Assembly (NCBI RefSeq): GCF_001194135.2
Contig: NC_068982.1
Location: 150,373,183 to 150,437,182 of the forward strand
Direction of reading: 5' to 3'
Source: Octopus bimaculoides
Taxonomy: Eukaryota
DNA length: 64,000 nt
Made by a program: the position numbers and the translations under genes
Shown: positions 63,726-64,000 of the stretch, piece by piece
How positions within the stretch are numbered: the first letter of the stretch is position 1
Layout of the letters: every line of letters starts with the position of its first letter
Notes under the pieces: model-generated
What the model was told of the DNA's origin: nothing
Seen by the model: the letters and a program-made list of their open reading frames with translations, nothing else
The model's database searches: none

Positions 63726-64000
63726 TGTCATGTGTATATTTGCTAAGATAGTAAATTAACTGAATAAGAATTAAAAACTTCATTCTTAAAAACCGTTCTT
63801 TAGATCCACATATAAATAACTGGGAATAACTCAGTTTCAAGCCTTGTTTAAATATGAATGAAAATCAAAGCAGACAGTGAAGCGTATAATTGATATTATG
63901 AATGTCTCACTATAAATGTTCTGCGTCAACACAGACACATAATATTAAGGAACTTAGTGACTAGATCAAGTGTTAAAATAATAATAATAGAATCGCATAG

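Noticed and set aside
63188-63840. ORFs near the window end as Rab39 exon 1
   Set aside because: No GDSxVGKS, VGVDF or DTAGQE motifs. Most are microsatellite translations.

Overview
This is an AT-rich, repeat-dense animal genomic scaffold with four N-gaps. The SINE and RTE repeat families look like those of Octopus (inference from recall, no search run). The main result sits in the left quarter and is invisible in the ORF track: a minus-strand cluster of box C/D snoRNAs. It contains five U14/SNORD14 copies, one U25/SNORD25 homolog and one well-formed C/D candidate with no target I could assign. They lie in what appear to be introns of a 5'TOP/TCT-initiated, probably non-coding host gene (predicted TSS ~17864, exon 1 17830-17864, a further exon at 13564-13609). 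The only recognisable cellular protein-coding sequence is the last exon of a Rab39 gene (30762-31188, minus strand); I could not find its first exon in the window, implying an intron of more than 32 kb. The rest is transposon debris: mariner (one with an open 342-aa ORF but two altered catalytic motifs), Tc1-like, three piggyBac, Merlin elements with 8-bp TSDs, a hAT MITE, RTE, CR1-like and RLE-type LINE fragments, SINEs and microsatellites. All calls come from reading the sequence by eye.
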